A stretch of DNA of 64,000 nt from Candidatus Heimdallarchaeum endolithica (GCA_021513715.1 CP084167.1:1248001-1312000), one strand, 5' to 3'; positions 19,154 through 29,563 are shown, counted from the stretch's first letter. Numbers and translations: made by a program. The notes: generated by a model not told the origin, from the letters alone.

Positions 19154-19954
19154 ATGACAGATATTATTCACATTCTACTTTATATTCAAACAGCAACTGT
19201 AATATTATGTTTATTGTATGGTTCTATCATAGACATCTTTAAACGCGAAATTTCTGACATTCCATGGATTGTTATGGTTTTAGAGGGAATTGTTACTACC
19301 ATTCTTATGATTATATTTTATAATGATAAAAAAGAGATCTGGAGAATTATAGGAATAAATTTCTCTCTTGCGTTAATTATTGGTATAATCATCTATTATA
19401 CTGGAATTATGGGGGGAGCAGATGCAAAAGCAATAATGGCTTTATCAGTAAATACTGCTATTTTTCCTTTCGATTTTCCACTAACAAAACTCACAGTTTA
19501 TCTTTTCCTTCCTCCTGTTTTCAATATTTTCTTTAATTGGTTACTTGCAATAATTATCTTCTATCCTATTCCTTTAGCTATATACAACATAATTTTGAAA
19601 TTAAGAGGTATAAAACTGTTCAATGAAACCCACGCCAACTTTTTCGACAAGATTCTCTCTCTAATTTCAGGATATATAATCAAAGTAGAGAAAGCTAAAA
19701 ATAGGATTGATATTGTATATTCCGAAGTTTATAATCAAAAGAATGAACGTTGGGAAATCAAGCATTTTATGAAGGTCGAAGAAGAGGAAGAAGAAGAAAA
19801 ATTCAAACATGAAGTTGAAGAGTGGATTAATAAAACTAATAAAGAATACATCTGGGTTAAAGTTCTTCCTCCAGGCATAGTATTTTTGCTGATAGGTTAT
19901 GTCATCTCATTATTTATTGGAAACCCACTATTCGCTTTATTCAGTCTTCTTTAA
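19154..19954 (+). CDS. Prepilin/prearchaellin peptidase, A24 family (FlaK/PibD-like)
   Basis: DIFKREISD first catalytic Asp region, GGADAK second catalytic Asp and C-terminal YIWVKVLPP. Confidence 0.88.
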   Translation: MTDIIHILLYIQTATVILCLLYGSIIDIFKREISDIPWIVMVLEGIVTTILMIIFYNDKKEIWRIIGINFSLALIIGIIIYYTGIMGGADAKAIMALSVNTAIFPFDFPLTKLTVYLFLPPVFNIFFNWLLAIIIFYPIPLAIYNIILKLRGIKLFNETHANFFDKILSLISGYIIKVEKAKNRIDIVYSEVYNQKNERWEIKHFMKVEEEEEEEKFKHEVEEWINKTNKEYIWVKVLPPGIVFLLIGYVISLFIGNPLFALFSLL

Positions 19955-19994
19955 TATTTTATTTTTATTTGTTTATTTTCTTTTTTACTTTCTT

Positions 19995-20627
19995 TTATAT
20001 TCCTTGATTATGCTTATCAAACATGCTCTCTTCAGTTAAATTTAATGCAATTGCTAGTTCAGCTACTATTCCATCCAAAAAAGACAAAGCAGCACTTTCG
20101 AACATAGTTCCCTCTGGAGTTAAAGTACTATCTAATCCAATTTCTCTTCTTGCAAGATCAGTTTTTGTACGTCCTATTAGTTTTACAGTTACATCTCCTA
20201 ATCTTCCTATTACACTTAATGGATAACTAGTTATAACAATCACATATGGGTTCCAGATCAAGTATGTTTCCAGAACTGCCTTTACAATAGGAGTTGTACC
20301 TGACCCACTTATAACAACTATTGTTTCTCCTTCCTTTACTCTTGGAACGGATCTAGAGTTAGTGATAAATCTTGATTCTGCACCTAAATGCTCTAAACGA
20401 GTTTGAAACATCTGTCCAACCATTGCTGAACGTCCACTTGCTAAAATGAATATTCTTCTTTCATTTTTTATATCATCAAGTAACCTATCTCTAACTGCTA
20501 TTACATATTCATGATGTTTCCTCATGTGCTCTACATTCTTCTTCAAATTATCGATCATTAATTCTATTGCTCGAAAAATAATAAGATCTTTATTATCTGC
20601 TGACTCTATGTTCTGGGTTTCATCCAT
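19995..20627 (-). CDS. hxlB: 6-phospho-3-hexuloisomerase (SIS domain)
   Basis: SGRS, ISGSGTT, ITSYPLS, TPEGTMFE and LDGIV motifs, and a terminal HN. Confidence 0.85.
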   Translation of the reverse strand: MDETQNIESADNKDLIIFRAIELMIDNLKKNVEHMRKHHEYVIAVRDRLLDDIKNERRIFILASGRSAMVGQMFQTRLEHLGAESRFITNSRSVPRVKEGETIVVISGSGTTPIVKAVLETYLIWNPYVIVITSYPLSVIGRLGDVTVKLIGRTKTDLARREIGLDSTLTPEGTMFESAALSFLDGIVAELAIALNLTEESMFDKHNQGI

Positions 20628-20890
20628 TATTTTTTCGCTCCTTATTGCGAAATAATGAAATTTCCACAGTGTTTTTTTATCTGTAGAATTTCTTTCTAAG
20701 CTAAAACAACTGCAACCATTTTTAAATTAAATGGTTCAAACTAGATTTTTTCTCAATTAAACTGCCTTAAAAAGGCTAAAAGTCACTTTTTTCTAGTGAC
20801 TGTCTCTTGCATAATAGTGTAAATAGTGTTTCGAAAACTTTTTTTCCTCTGAAAAATAATAAGGAGATATAAGTAATAGAGACGAATTCC

Positions 20891-23818
20891 ATGTTGAAGA
20901 AGTTTAAAAAAATTACAAGTTCTAAGCATCGTCCTTCTTTTATTGCAGGATTTACTATATTCTTTTGGTTGATTATTGTAGTATCAAATATAAATCAAGT
21001 TTTACATCTTTCCCAACATCTAACTGATGAAGGTAACTTTTCTTCTTCAACAGATTCTGAATCGAGAATAGCTTCAAACATTATTTCAAAATACCAAGAA
21101 GATAATGCAACTTTTTTCCTTATCATTCGAAATAAGAATGGGAGCTCGGTTTTAACAGAAGAAATGTACAAGAAAATTACAGAAGTTGAAAAAAATATAA
21201 CAAGCAACAGATTGATTGGGCCCTACTTATCTTCTTCAACACCATACTCTTCTATTTTTGATACAACAGATAACCTACTAAGAAGTGTATTAAGTTTACA
21301 ATGGTATTCCACTAAATTCATTATTTACTCTGCTGCAATTATATGGGGAGGTATAGAATATTTTTGTGTTAATTGGATAAGTAATTATAATTATTCCTCA
21401 AATCTTACTAGTTCTGTTAAAAATGCAGAATATTTCACTAAACAATACCTAGAAGGATATATTTCAGACATTAATAGTTCAATTTTTCTTCCAATGATGT
21501 ATTCTTTTATCTCTAATTTTTCTTCTTTATTCTATAATAGCTTAAAACTTTCAGAAAACTTTCCTTCAAATGTGTCGGAAGCCATATCTCTTTCCTCATC
21601 TTTAATTGAAAATAATAAAACATTTTTTTCTCAAATATCAAGTGAAACAAGATTTTTGGATGCATTAATTTTTCTTTCAAGTTCTTTTAATATAAGTAAG
21701 TGGAATGAATCCTATTATTTATTTTCTAAAACAAGTGAATTTTTATTTAATTCAACTAAACAAAGTGACATTAATTTTGTTGATGAAGTTTATTCTAACG
21801 GTTCATTAACGGGTTTTGTTAACGCGAAAAACAAGTATTTAATTCCGATATTAAGACTAGAAAAAACAATTCCTCCTATTTCTGAAGATATGATTATCTC
21901 TTTACTAACTTTATTCACTAATTACAACAAAACTAGAGAACCTGATACCATGATTATTTTATTTAATACTGCTTTATCTTATAAGACTGTAAACGGATAT
22001 AATTTATATAAAGAGATCATTCGTATTCTTCCTCTTTTACAAAAGGCAAACCCTTCTTTAGAAATTGAGGTTACAGGGTTTGATCTTTTCATTATTGAAT
22101 TAACAGAAGATTCAGAAAATCAAGCTAAAAAAATGGATATTATCGTCATTGTTTTCTTGATTGTGATTCTAATTTTAGCCTATCGTTCACCCATCCTTCC
22201 TCTTATTCAGATTCTTTCTATTGGGATTGCAATGGTTGTTTCTCGTTCTATATTTATTTTAGTTAGCAAGACAGTTTATCCTCTTTCTAGCACGAGCTTA
22301 ATTCTTATGAGCATCAACTTATTAGGAGCCACAACAGACTATAGTGTTTTTCTTATTGGAGATTATTTATTAATGTATGAAAAGTTTAAAGATAAGAAAA
22401 AATCTGTTAAAGAGACTCTAGAGAGAACAGCAAAGAGCATAGTCATTTCTTCAATTTCTCTAGCTATTGGTTTCGGTTCATTAATTTTTTCTCGTATCCC
22501 ATCTATTAGAGGAATGGGGATAGGAGGAGCTATAGGTTTTCTTTCTGGAATGATAGTTTCCTTAACAGTTGTTCCATCTTGTTTATTTCTCATAAAGCAA
22601 GAAGTGCTAACTAAATGGAAATTCAAGAAGAAGATTACACCTAATTTTAACTTATTTAACAGAACACAGAAACTTGTTCTAAGGCGACCTATGAAAGTAT
22701 TTTTAACTTTCACTTTTATTTCTGCTTTATGCTTTGGATTGTTTTTCATAACTCCACTTGATTATTCACAATTAAGTACAGCTCCAGATAGATATATTTC
22801 AAAACAAGGATTTAATTTAATTTCAGAGCATCTAGGTGAAGATAAACTTAACCAAATTATTATTTTATATAAAACACCAGAAAATGAATCTTTTATGTTC
22901 AATAACAATTCTCTTAATATTAAGACTATAGAAAAAGTGGAAGAAACGATAACAAAGATAACAAAAAATACAAATTTCACTTATATTTATGGAGTTAGTC
23001 ATCCTTTGGGTAAACCTTTTTCAGAAAGTATAGAAAATACTTCTTATTTTCTTTATCAAGAGATTCTTTTATTAACAACCAAATTTATTTTACCCGATAG
23101 TCAATATGCTTTAGTCACTTGTGGGTCTCCTTTCAAAGAAGAAGACATAAGACTAGATCAACAAGTTACTATAATTCGAGACACCATAAAAGAGTTAAAT
23201 AAAGACCCACAATTTGAGGATTGGGAGATTTTAGTCACAGGATTCCCTGTTACTTTAGTAGATGGCAAGAGAATAATCCAAGAAGATTTTTTGATTATCT
23301 CTTTAATGATATTAGTTAGCTCCTTTATCCTACTAGTCTTTTTTATGAAAGACGTTTTCATGGCATTTAGAATATTACTAACAATAGTCATTAGTCTTGG
23401 ATTGAATCTAGGAATATTTGCTATATTTGCGCATATATTTTTTGGAGGGAGTATATTGTTTATGGTACCATTATTCCTTTTTTCTGTTTTAATATCATTA
23501 GGTTTAGATTTTGACATCTTGTTCTTAGGTATTTTTAATAGGTTGTTTAAGGAAACAGGCGAACTTGAATCAAGTATTTTTAACTCTGTCAAACAAACAA
23601 TGTCAAATATTTCTATCGCAGGAATAATTATGATGGCCACTTATTTTTCACTAATATTTACGAATTCAATCCAGATGATTCAAATTGGATTAGGATTAAG
23701 TATAGGCATTTTTATTGATGTTTTTGTTTCTCGTTTATTTATTGTTCCCTCTGCAGTGATTCTCACTTCAAAGTTTGAGCAAAAATTAAAGCTCAGGAGG
23801 AAAAAGAATGAAAAATAA
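20891..23818 (+). CDS. MMPL/RND family transporter
   Basis: Two repeats with VTG...; GATTDYSVFL and GLDFDILFL RND motifs; about 12 TM helices. Confidence 0.88.
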   Translation: MLKKFKKITSSKHRPSFIAGFTIFFWLIIVVSNINQVLHLSQHLTDEGNFSSSTDSESRIASNIISKYQEDNATFFLIIRNKNGSSVLTEEMYKKITEVEKNITSNRLIGPYLSSSTPYSSIFDTTDNLLRSVLSLQWYSTKFIIYSAAIIWGGIEYFCVNWISNYNYSSNLTSSVKNAEYFTKQYLEGYISDINSSIFLPMMYSFISNFSSLFYNSLKLSENFPSNVSEAISLSSSLIENNKTFFSQISSETRFLDALIFLSSSFNISKWNESYYLFSKTSEFLFNSTKQSDINFVDEVYSNGSLTGFVNAKNKYLIPILRLEKTIPPISEDMIISLLTLFTNYNKTREPDTMIILFNTALSYKTVNGYNLYKEIIRILPLLQKANPSLEIEVTGFDLFIIELTEDSENQAKKMDIIVIVFLIVILILAYRSPILPLIQILSIGIAMVVSRSIFILVSKTVYPLSSTSLILMSINLLGATTDYSVFLIGDYLLMYEKFKDKKKSVKETLERTAKSIVISSISLAIGFGSLIFSRIPSIRGMGIGGAIGFLSGMIVSLTVVPSCLFLIKQEVLTKWKFKKKITPNFNLFNRTQKLVLRRPMKVFLTFTFISALCFGLFFITPLDYSQLSTAPDRYISKQGFNLISEHLGEDKLNQIIILYKTPENESFMFNNNSLNIKTIEKVEETITKITKNTNFTYIYGVSHPLGKPFSESIENTSYFLYQEILLLTTKFILPDSQYALVTCGSPFKEEDIRLDQQVTIIRDTIKELNKDPQFEDWEILVTGFPVTLVDGKRIIQEDFLIISLMILVSSFILLVFFMKDVFMAFRILLTIVISLGLNLGIFAIFAHIFFGGSILFMVPLFLFSVLISLGLDFDILFLGIFNRLFKETGELESSIFNSVKQTMSNISIAGIIMMATYFSLIFTNSIQMIQIGLGLSIGIFIDVFVSRLFIVPSAVILTSKFEQKLKLRRKKNEK

Positions 23819-25415
23819 GATTATTCATTTATTCTTACTATTGCTATTTATAACAACTTTTATTCCTATGATTACTAGTGCATCTAGCGATATTGATTTT
23901 AGAGATTTAGATTTTTCATCTAAAGGTTATGATATAACTTATAGAATATTAGAAGGGAAAAATATAGGAAGTTTATTCAGTGATATTGGTTTTAATCTTT
24001 CTGGTTCACTATCTGGTTCAGAATTTCATGTTTTGCTTAAAAATCAGAAAAGCGAAATAAGAGATGTTTACTCATTGGAATCTAACACAGTAATCCAGCA
24101 AAACACATCAATTTTTATTTTTGATAATTACATACAGTTAAAAAACAAAATAGAATTTAGTTCTGAATTAACAAAACTTATTTCTCAGATAAAAATAGGA
24201 GATAATTTTCTTAAACCAACAGATGATAAAAAAATTTCTACATCTCTCCCTTACAATTCAACTATTCCTATTCCCAGAATATTCTCCCAAGTTTTATTCC
24301 CAAATTTCAATTCAATAATTACAAACAGTAACTATTTTGATTTTCTTCCAATAATTCTAGGAACTGAATATGAACGATATGAGGCAGAGTTCTCTTTTCT
24401 ACAGCTTACTGGAAATTTTACAGTTAATATTTATAATAAATTTCAAGATTATTTTACTGTTTCACTGAGAAAAACTGATTCCAGTTTAATTATTAAAAGC
24501 TCTTGGAATAAGAATAATGGTCTCCTTCAATCTCTTTCTATTCAGTTTAAACATAAAGAAACAGCTAACATTTTCAGTATAGAATATAAGGATTTTAGTG
24601 AGATTGGAACACCAGAAGATTCAGATGTTGTTTCTTTTTTCATATCAAATAGTTCAGCAGATTTAGATTACTATAATGGACCTGAAGCAAAAAAGACCCA
24701 ACTAGAAAGCGCTACACGATTAATTAACAATATTAATAATACAGAAGCTTTTCGATATCTAATACAAAATAATGGAGGATTATCAATCTCTTGGACATGG
24801 CAAGTGTTAGATCCTTTAACACAAAAATATGCTGAATCCTCTATACTTCAAGAAACAACTTTTCTTTCACAGATGGAACCAGTAATCATACCAAAATGGG
24901 ATATGAACATTGGTTTGATTATGTTTTTAGAAAGTATAGGAGAAAGTTTAAAAGAGCAAGTTCAGGATTACAGAATCAAGATTGGAAACAGAACAGAATA
25001 TTCTATATCGATAAACAAATTCAATATTCAGTTACAAGAGTTTGAGCAGTTCTATTACCTATTAGTTGATTTTGATGTAAGTTATCAAAGAAAAGAAATA
25101 AGTTTCTTAGCAAGCAGAACTCAGATACAACAGTGGAATTTATCATATTATTTTTGGTTAAGTTATTCCAAATCAGGCATATTAAGCGGGTTTTCCATTT
25201 CTTGTCAAGAAATCAATCACTTTTATTTTGAACCTTTCGATATCAAAAGAGAAACACATTATAAGTGGAATTACAAAATAGAAAGTACAGAAAAAGTTCA
25301 CACTGTTCCAACATTCACTATACCTACAACAAAAACTCCAATTTCGAAAATTTTCTTCGTTACTTTGCTTGTAATTACAGTATTCAAGAAAAAGAAAAAG
25401 AAAGAGTTGAAATAA
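23808..25415 (+). CDS. Secreted/surface protein with a C-terminal sorting signal
   Basis: Signal peptide; Thr/Pro linker, then TPI, a hydrophobic helix and a KKKKKK tail. Confidence 0.75.
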   Translation: MKNKIIHLFLLLLFITTFIPMITSASSDIDFRDLDFSSKGYDITYRILEGKNIGSLFSDIGFNLSGSLSGSEFHVLLKNQKSEIRDVYSLESNTVIQQNTSIFIFDNYIQLKNKIEFSSELTKLISQIKIGDNFLKPTDDKKISTSLPYNSTIPIPRIFSQVLFPNFNSIITNSNYFDFLPIILGTEYERYEAEFSFLQLTGNFTVNIYNKFQDYFTVSLRKTDSSLIIKSSWNKNNGLLQSLSIQFKHKETANIFSIEYKDFSEIGTPEDSDVVSFFISNSSADLDYYNGPEAKKTQLESATRLINNINNTEAFRYLIQNNGGLSISWTWQVLDPLTQKYAESSILQETTFLSQMEPVIIPKWDMNIGLIMFLESIGESLKEQVQDYRIKIGNRTEYSISINKFNIQLQEFEQFYYLLVDFDVSYQRKEISFLASRTQIQQWNLSYYFWLSYSKSGILSGFSISCQEINHFYFEPFDIKRETHYKWNYKIESTEKVHTVPTFTIPTTKTPISKIFFVTLLVITVFKKKKKKELK

Positions 25416-27176
25416 TTGCTACATCATGAAGATAAATTTATTTTAGATACAAATTTTATTATTAGTGCTTTTGAGAAAAAACCCTCAACAATTACTACTT
25501 TCATAAAGAAGATAAGAAACCTCAATATTCAGCTACTAATTACAAATCATATTATCAAAGAAATTAGGTGGTATTTGCGTAGAAGAATAATAAATGAAAT
25601 TACAATTAAAGAAGTTTCCACTAAAGAAATTAGAAAACTTCTTTCTGAACTTGAAAAAAAGAAGATATCACCGCCACATTTTCCTGACTTATCTAATATT
25701 GTACTTGCAAAAAAATTAAGCGGTACAGTTGTAACAAGTGATCTTCAACTTGTAAAAACTTGTGAAAAATTGGGTATTCCAGTTCACATGTCTTCTTCAT
25801 TTGTATTCTTTTTAAAAGAAAAGGCAAACGATTTTGCAGACAAGAAATACTTTAATGAATTATATGATAACATTCTCTCTGATGAAATTAAACACAGTGT
25901 AGAACAGAGTGAAATATATAATCCTGTTTATAGGATAAAAGAAATTCAACTACATGCGATTAAAGTTTTACAAAAACTGCCTAAAATTTCTCCTTATAAG
26001 CCACAAGAGATGGTCTTCCTAAAAGAAGAAAACGAACTTTTAGACTTAATCAATGAAATAGAATTTGAGATGCCAAATTATATTACACAGATTCGTGACG
26101 CTAAAAACTTAGAAACTCTTGAAATAGAATTGAAAGACATTTATAATCAGATTAATGACATTGTTTGGCAATTACAACTTCTACTCAAAACAAGAAAGAG
26201 CCCAATTTTATCTGCATCAATAAGAATAAAAGCTAGAGTACTATTTATTTTAAGTATTGTCGAGTTTACATTATTAAACTTTGGAAAATTAGAAAATACT
26301 TTGAATATTCTCTCGGAGATAGCTTCTACTTCACCAGATATGGTCTCAGATTTATTTATGGATTTACAGTTTCTGAGAATGGTTTTTTTCTTTGTTACTC
26401 AAAATTACAATCGGTTAACCGGATACTTTTCTGATAATTTTCTTCTATTATGTGAAATTGAAAGAAGAACAGACTTAACAAAACTTACACGAACTATAAT
26501 TTTTGCTTGTACCATTTTAGAAAGCAGAGTAATAGATAAGAATGCATCTTTAGAAGGTAAAAAAGAAATTTCTCTCTTATTCCAGCTAGGATATATTTTA
26601 TTACAAAAAAGAAAAATTGAAAATGCACTACTCATCTTGCTACAAACACATTACTTGGCATTGCAGATTAAAGATGAGAAATTAATCAGAAATTCTTTAG
26701 AGCTCATGATTGTTATCCATTACATCTCAAACGAGAATATAAGTACAGAAATAGAGCAAGGGTTATTAGAACTAAAAAAACTTAATCCATTTAATGTTCC
26801 AGTTTTTTCTATAAAAGAAGAATTAGATCTAGGTATTTTCACTGAAAAAGAGTTTAAATCTGTTGACAGCTTCCCTAGTCTGCTAAAAGAATGGTTCTAT
26901 ATTTATGATTATTTGAAAAAAGATGAAGAAGGACAAACAAAAACAGTAATTTTTGTTATTAATCCTTATTTTTCACCCAAGACAGTCTTTATTACTACTC
27001 AAATCTTGCCCATGTATGAACTTCGACCTGGAAGACAAATAAAAATAATAAAAGGAATGCTGAAAATCAATAAGTGTAATTATAATTATGAAAAAAGGGA
27101 AGTTGATTTAGTAATTGAAATCAAAGAAGCTTTATTCTCTCTTAGAGACCCATGGGGAATGAAAATACTCAGGTAA
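25416..27176 (+). CDS. PIN-domain protein with a long helical C-terminal region
   Basis: FILDTNFII, IIKEI, PDLSNI and VVTSDLQL PIN motifs in the first ~130 aa. Confidence 0.75.
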   Translation: MLHHEDKFILDTNFIISAFEKKPSTITTFIKKIRNLNIQLLITNHIIKEIRWYLRRRIINEITIKEVSTKEIRKLLSELEKKKISPPHFPDLSNIVLAKKLSGTVVTSDLQLVKTCEKLGIPVHMSSSFVFFLKEKANDFADKKYFNELYDNILSDEIKHSVEQSEIYNPVYRIKEIQLHAIKVLQKLPKISPYKPQEMVFLKEENELLDLINEIEFEMPNYITQIRDAKNLETLEIELKDIYNQINDIVWQLQLLLKTRKSPILSASIRIKARVLFILSIVEFTLLNFGKLENTLNILSEIASTSPDMVSDLFMDLQFLRMVFFFVTQNYNRLTGYFSDNFLLLCEIERRTDLTKLTRTIIFACTILESRVIDKNASLEGKKEISLLFQLGYILLQKRKIENALLILLQTHYLALQIKDEKLIRNSLELMIVIHYISNENISTEIEQGLLELKKLNPFNVPVFSIKEELDLGIFTEKEFKSVDSFPSLLKEWFYIYDYLKKDEEGQTKTVIFVINPYFSPKTVFITTQILPMYELRPGRQIKIIKGMLKINKCNYNYEKREVDLVIEIKEALFSLRDPWGMKILR

Positions 27177-28113
27177 GTTTTTCTTTCCATTCATCTATTG
27201 TTTTTAATATTTCTTCAACATCAATAGGCTTTCTTCTCATCTTTTCTATTAGTTGGCTCATGTTATGTCTCATAAAAGGAGAAAGAGCACTAGCTTCCAT
27301 TAAAGCATCTCTTGCTTTGTCAAAAGCTTTTATTATCTGCTCCTTATCTCTTGACACTGTCACTATTGTCTTAAGATTATCAAAAACCTTCTTTGGTTCA
27401 ACATTTTCCCAATCTTCTTCAATATTAGTTTCTTGAACTAGGGAAGAAGTAATTAAAGCGTATCCCTCTCCTATCTGTTTAATTAGACCTTTTCTTTCAA
27501 GATTGAATAGAAGTTGATCTATTTTCCTTTTTTCCACACCAAGTTCATTTGCTAATGATTCAGAGTTTTTTGGGAGAGTGGAACTTGATAGAATACCCAA
27601 AATTCTTTGAGAAACTGTACCATTTTTTTTACAATATTGAACAAGAGAAGTTAAGGCAGTTACAAATTTATCATCAGTAGGCTTTGAATAATAAGTCACT
27701 AATTCCTCAAGAAAGTTCTCAATTTCTCCAGTTTCTATATGTACAGGAGTAAAACTTTCAGGTTCTTTTGGTTTACCAAAAGTTTCTTTTTTCAATCTAT
27801 CAATTTCTATCTCCAGATCTCTTATCTTTAACTTAAGCTCATTTTCTCTTTCATCTCGAGCTTGTGCATCTTGCTCTTTCCAATATCGCTCTTCTTCCAT
27901 TCTCTTGGAATATTTCTCTATCTCTTCATCTTTCTGTTGAATAACTTGTTTAAGTTTAGCTATTTCAGTATTTAGATTTTCTATCATATTTGATTGATGG
28001 GAGATACGTTGTTGTAGTTGAGACATATATTGCTCTTGAGCTTGCATTTGCAATTTCATACGTCTAACGTCATTTTCTTCTCCACCGTCTGCCCCATATG
28101 GAGTCCTTACCAC
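27169..28113 (-). CDS. Coiled-coil plus winged-helix hypothetical protein
   Basis: N-terminal heptad-rich region; LANELGVEKRKIDQLLFNLERKGLI wHTH; GAGGTGA Shine-Dalgarno upstream of GTG 28113. Confidence 0.7.
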   Translation of the reverse strand: MVRTPYGADGGEENDVRRMKLQMQAQEQYMSQLQQRISHQSNMIENLNTEIAKLKQVIQQKDEEIEKYSKRMEEERYWKEQDAQARDERENELKLKIRDLEIEIDRLKKETFGKPKEPESFTPVHIETGEIENFLEELVTYYSKPTDDKFVTALTSLVQYCKKNGTVSQRILGILSSSTLPKNSESLANELGVEKRKIDQLLFNLERKGLIKQIGEGYALITSSLVQETNIEEDWENVEPKKVFDNLKTIVTVSRDKEQIIKAFDKARDALMEASALSPFMRHNMSQLIEKMRRKPIDVEEILKTIDEWKEKLT

Positions 28114-28176
28114 AAAAGTCACCTCAATTATAAGCAATATTCTCTCCCATAGTTAAAAAATTTTAGATTTGGAAAA

Positions 28177-28782
28177 TTAGCCCAATATTTCTAGCAAAAT
28201 GATTTCAAATATCTTTTTACACCTTGAAACATTAGAATAAGGCCATTTCTTGTCTTCTGTATTAAGAACATAGTCTGCTAAAGCCATTACTGAACCTACC
28301 CCATAACCTAGCTCTTTTTTATTTCGTGCCAGAAAATTATCAAAATTCCTTAGATATTCATCTTCCTTTGCTTTAGAACTATCCTCTCCTTCTTTTCTGT
28401 CAGGATTATCTAAACGTCCAAATCTTGTTCTCAAAGAAGCATGAAATGCAATAATAAAGACATTTGTTTCTCCAAAATGGTTTTTCAAAACTTCAATTTC
28501 AGAAACTGCTCGAATCCCAGAGACGAAAACTGCTTTAATTTCTTTATCTAAATTGTCAATCTTCTCAATCAATCGTTCAGTAAAATAACTATCAGATATT
28601 TTCTTACAATCATCTGTAACCTTCTTTATATTTTCTGGGATAAAATCAAAGCCTCGTTTTTTCACTTCTTCCAAAACTACTGTTCCTGTTTCAAACAGAG
28701 GAATATTGTATTTTTCGCCATAGATTTTGGCATAAGTTGTTTTTCCTGCTAACGGAAGAGATGTGAGAACTATAACCTTCAT
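28177..28782 (-). CDS. Archaeal dephospho-CoA-kinase-like P-loop kinase (UPF0200/CoaE-like)
   Basis: MKVIVLTSLPLAGKTT P-loop, GIRAVSE, IAFHAS, R..KELGYGVGSVMALAD; start taken at ATG 28782. Confidence 0.7.
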   Translation of the reverse strand: MKVIVLTSLPLAGKTTYAKIYGEKYNIPLFETGTVVLEEVKKRGFDFIPENIKKVTDDCKKISDSYFTERLIEKIDNLDKEIKAVFVSGIRAVSEIEVLKNHFGETNVFIIAFHASLRTRFGRLDNPDRKEGEDSSKAKEDEYLRNFDNFLARNKKELGYGVGSVMALADYVLNTEDKKWPYSNVSRCKKIFEIILLEILG

Positions 28783-28839
28783 ACCCTCAATTTTATATGG
28801 TATAAAATAAATTTTTCTTAAAAAAATAAAAAAATAAAC

Positions 28840-28906
28840 GGTCAGAGAGCTCCAGTGGTTCATAGTAAGCCATAGCTTAACTCCCCCGGTCTATGAGGCT
28901 CTGACC
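28840..28906 (-). ncRNA. Candidate structured small RNA (67 nt)
   Basis: GC-rich island closed by a perfect 8-bp stem GGTCAGAG/CTCTGACC, with inner TCATAG/CTATGA and TAAGC/GCTTA helices. On the minus strand there is a TTTAAATA box 21-28 nt upstream and a T-tract directly downstream. Confidence 0.5.
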
Positions 28907-28963
28907 TAAATTAACTTCTACATTTTTATTTAAAAATTAACTGATTAAATATAGAAAAACCAT

Positions 28964-29421
28964 TTGGTACTTGGTGTCAAAAAAGAAATAAATCTAGATC
29001 TTTTCTTATCTGCATTAAACATCGAATATTGTAAAACTTTAGAATATCTTATAGTTGAAGTGAAAAACGATCAAATTGTAGAGAATCTTACCCCTAATTT
29101 CCAAAGAATTTTAGATGGACATTTACCCAAGAATGTTGGATTAGTAATTGTTACTTCTCAATCTACTTCTAAAGAGGAGTTTGACTTTGTTTCTCGTTGC
29201 TTTGCCCCTTGGTTTGCAATAAATGAAGACCCGGTAACAGGTTCTGCTCACACTATTTGTATCCTTACTGGAGTAAAAGGCTAATGAAAAAAGAATTAAA
29301 TGCTTATCAATGTTCTCCACGTGGAGGAATTCTTCATCTTCTACCTTCAAAAGTTTCTGAAAGAGTTTACATTGTAGGAAAAGCAACTGTTGTTTTAAGT
29401 GGTAATCTATTTCTTAATTAA
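28964..29421 (+). pseudogene. PhzF-family epimerase pseudogene (5'-truncated, frameshifted)
   Basis: FVSRCFAPWFAINEDPVTGSAH, then a one-base shift near 29257 continues YPYWSKRL...AYQCSPRGG...IVGKATVV to TAA 29421. The N-terminal half is absent. Confidence 0.8.
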
Positions 29422-29430
29422 TTTTATTTT

Positions 29431-29462
29431 TTGACTGACCGTTAATTTTATATATCAGTCAA
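29431..29462. promoter_or_regulatory. Inverted repeat bracketing the TATA box of grpE-dnaK-dnaJ
   Basis: TTGACTGA-N16-TCAGTCAA with TTTATATA inside the spacer. Confidence 0.5.
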
Positions 29463-29563
29463 TGTCTTGAAAGTATCAGAAAATTAGAAATCTGAATTAC
29501 GAGGTTACATTTAAACTCGGAGAACACACTATATACATTTGATATCAAGGAGAGTAGATTAGA

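Noticed and set aside
20714-20801. Two short palindromes (AACCATTT-N7-AAATGGTT; AGTCACT-N7-AGTGACT) between the divergent phi and MMPL genes
   Set aside because: They are plausible operators but dissimilar to each other, and there is no second instance or cognate regulator in the window.
28840-28906. tRNA or C/D-box sRNA interpretation of the GC-rich island
   Set aside because: There is no T-loop or cloverleaf, and although CTGA lies near the end there is no RTGATGA C box. It is kept only as an unclassified RNA candidate.
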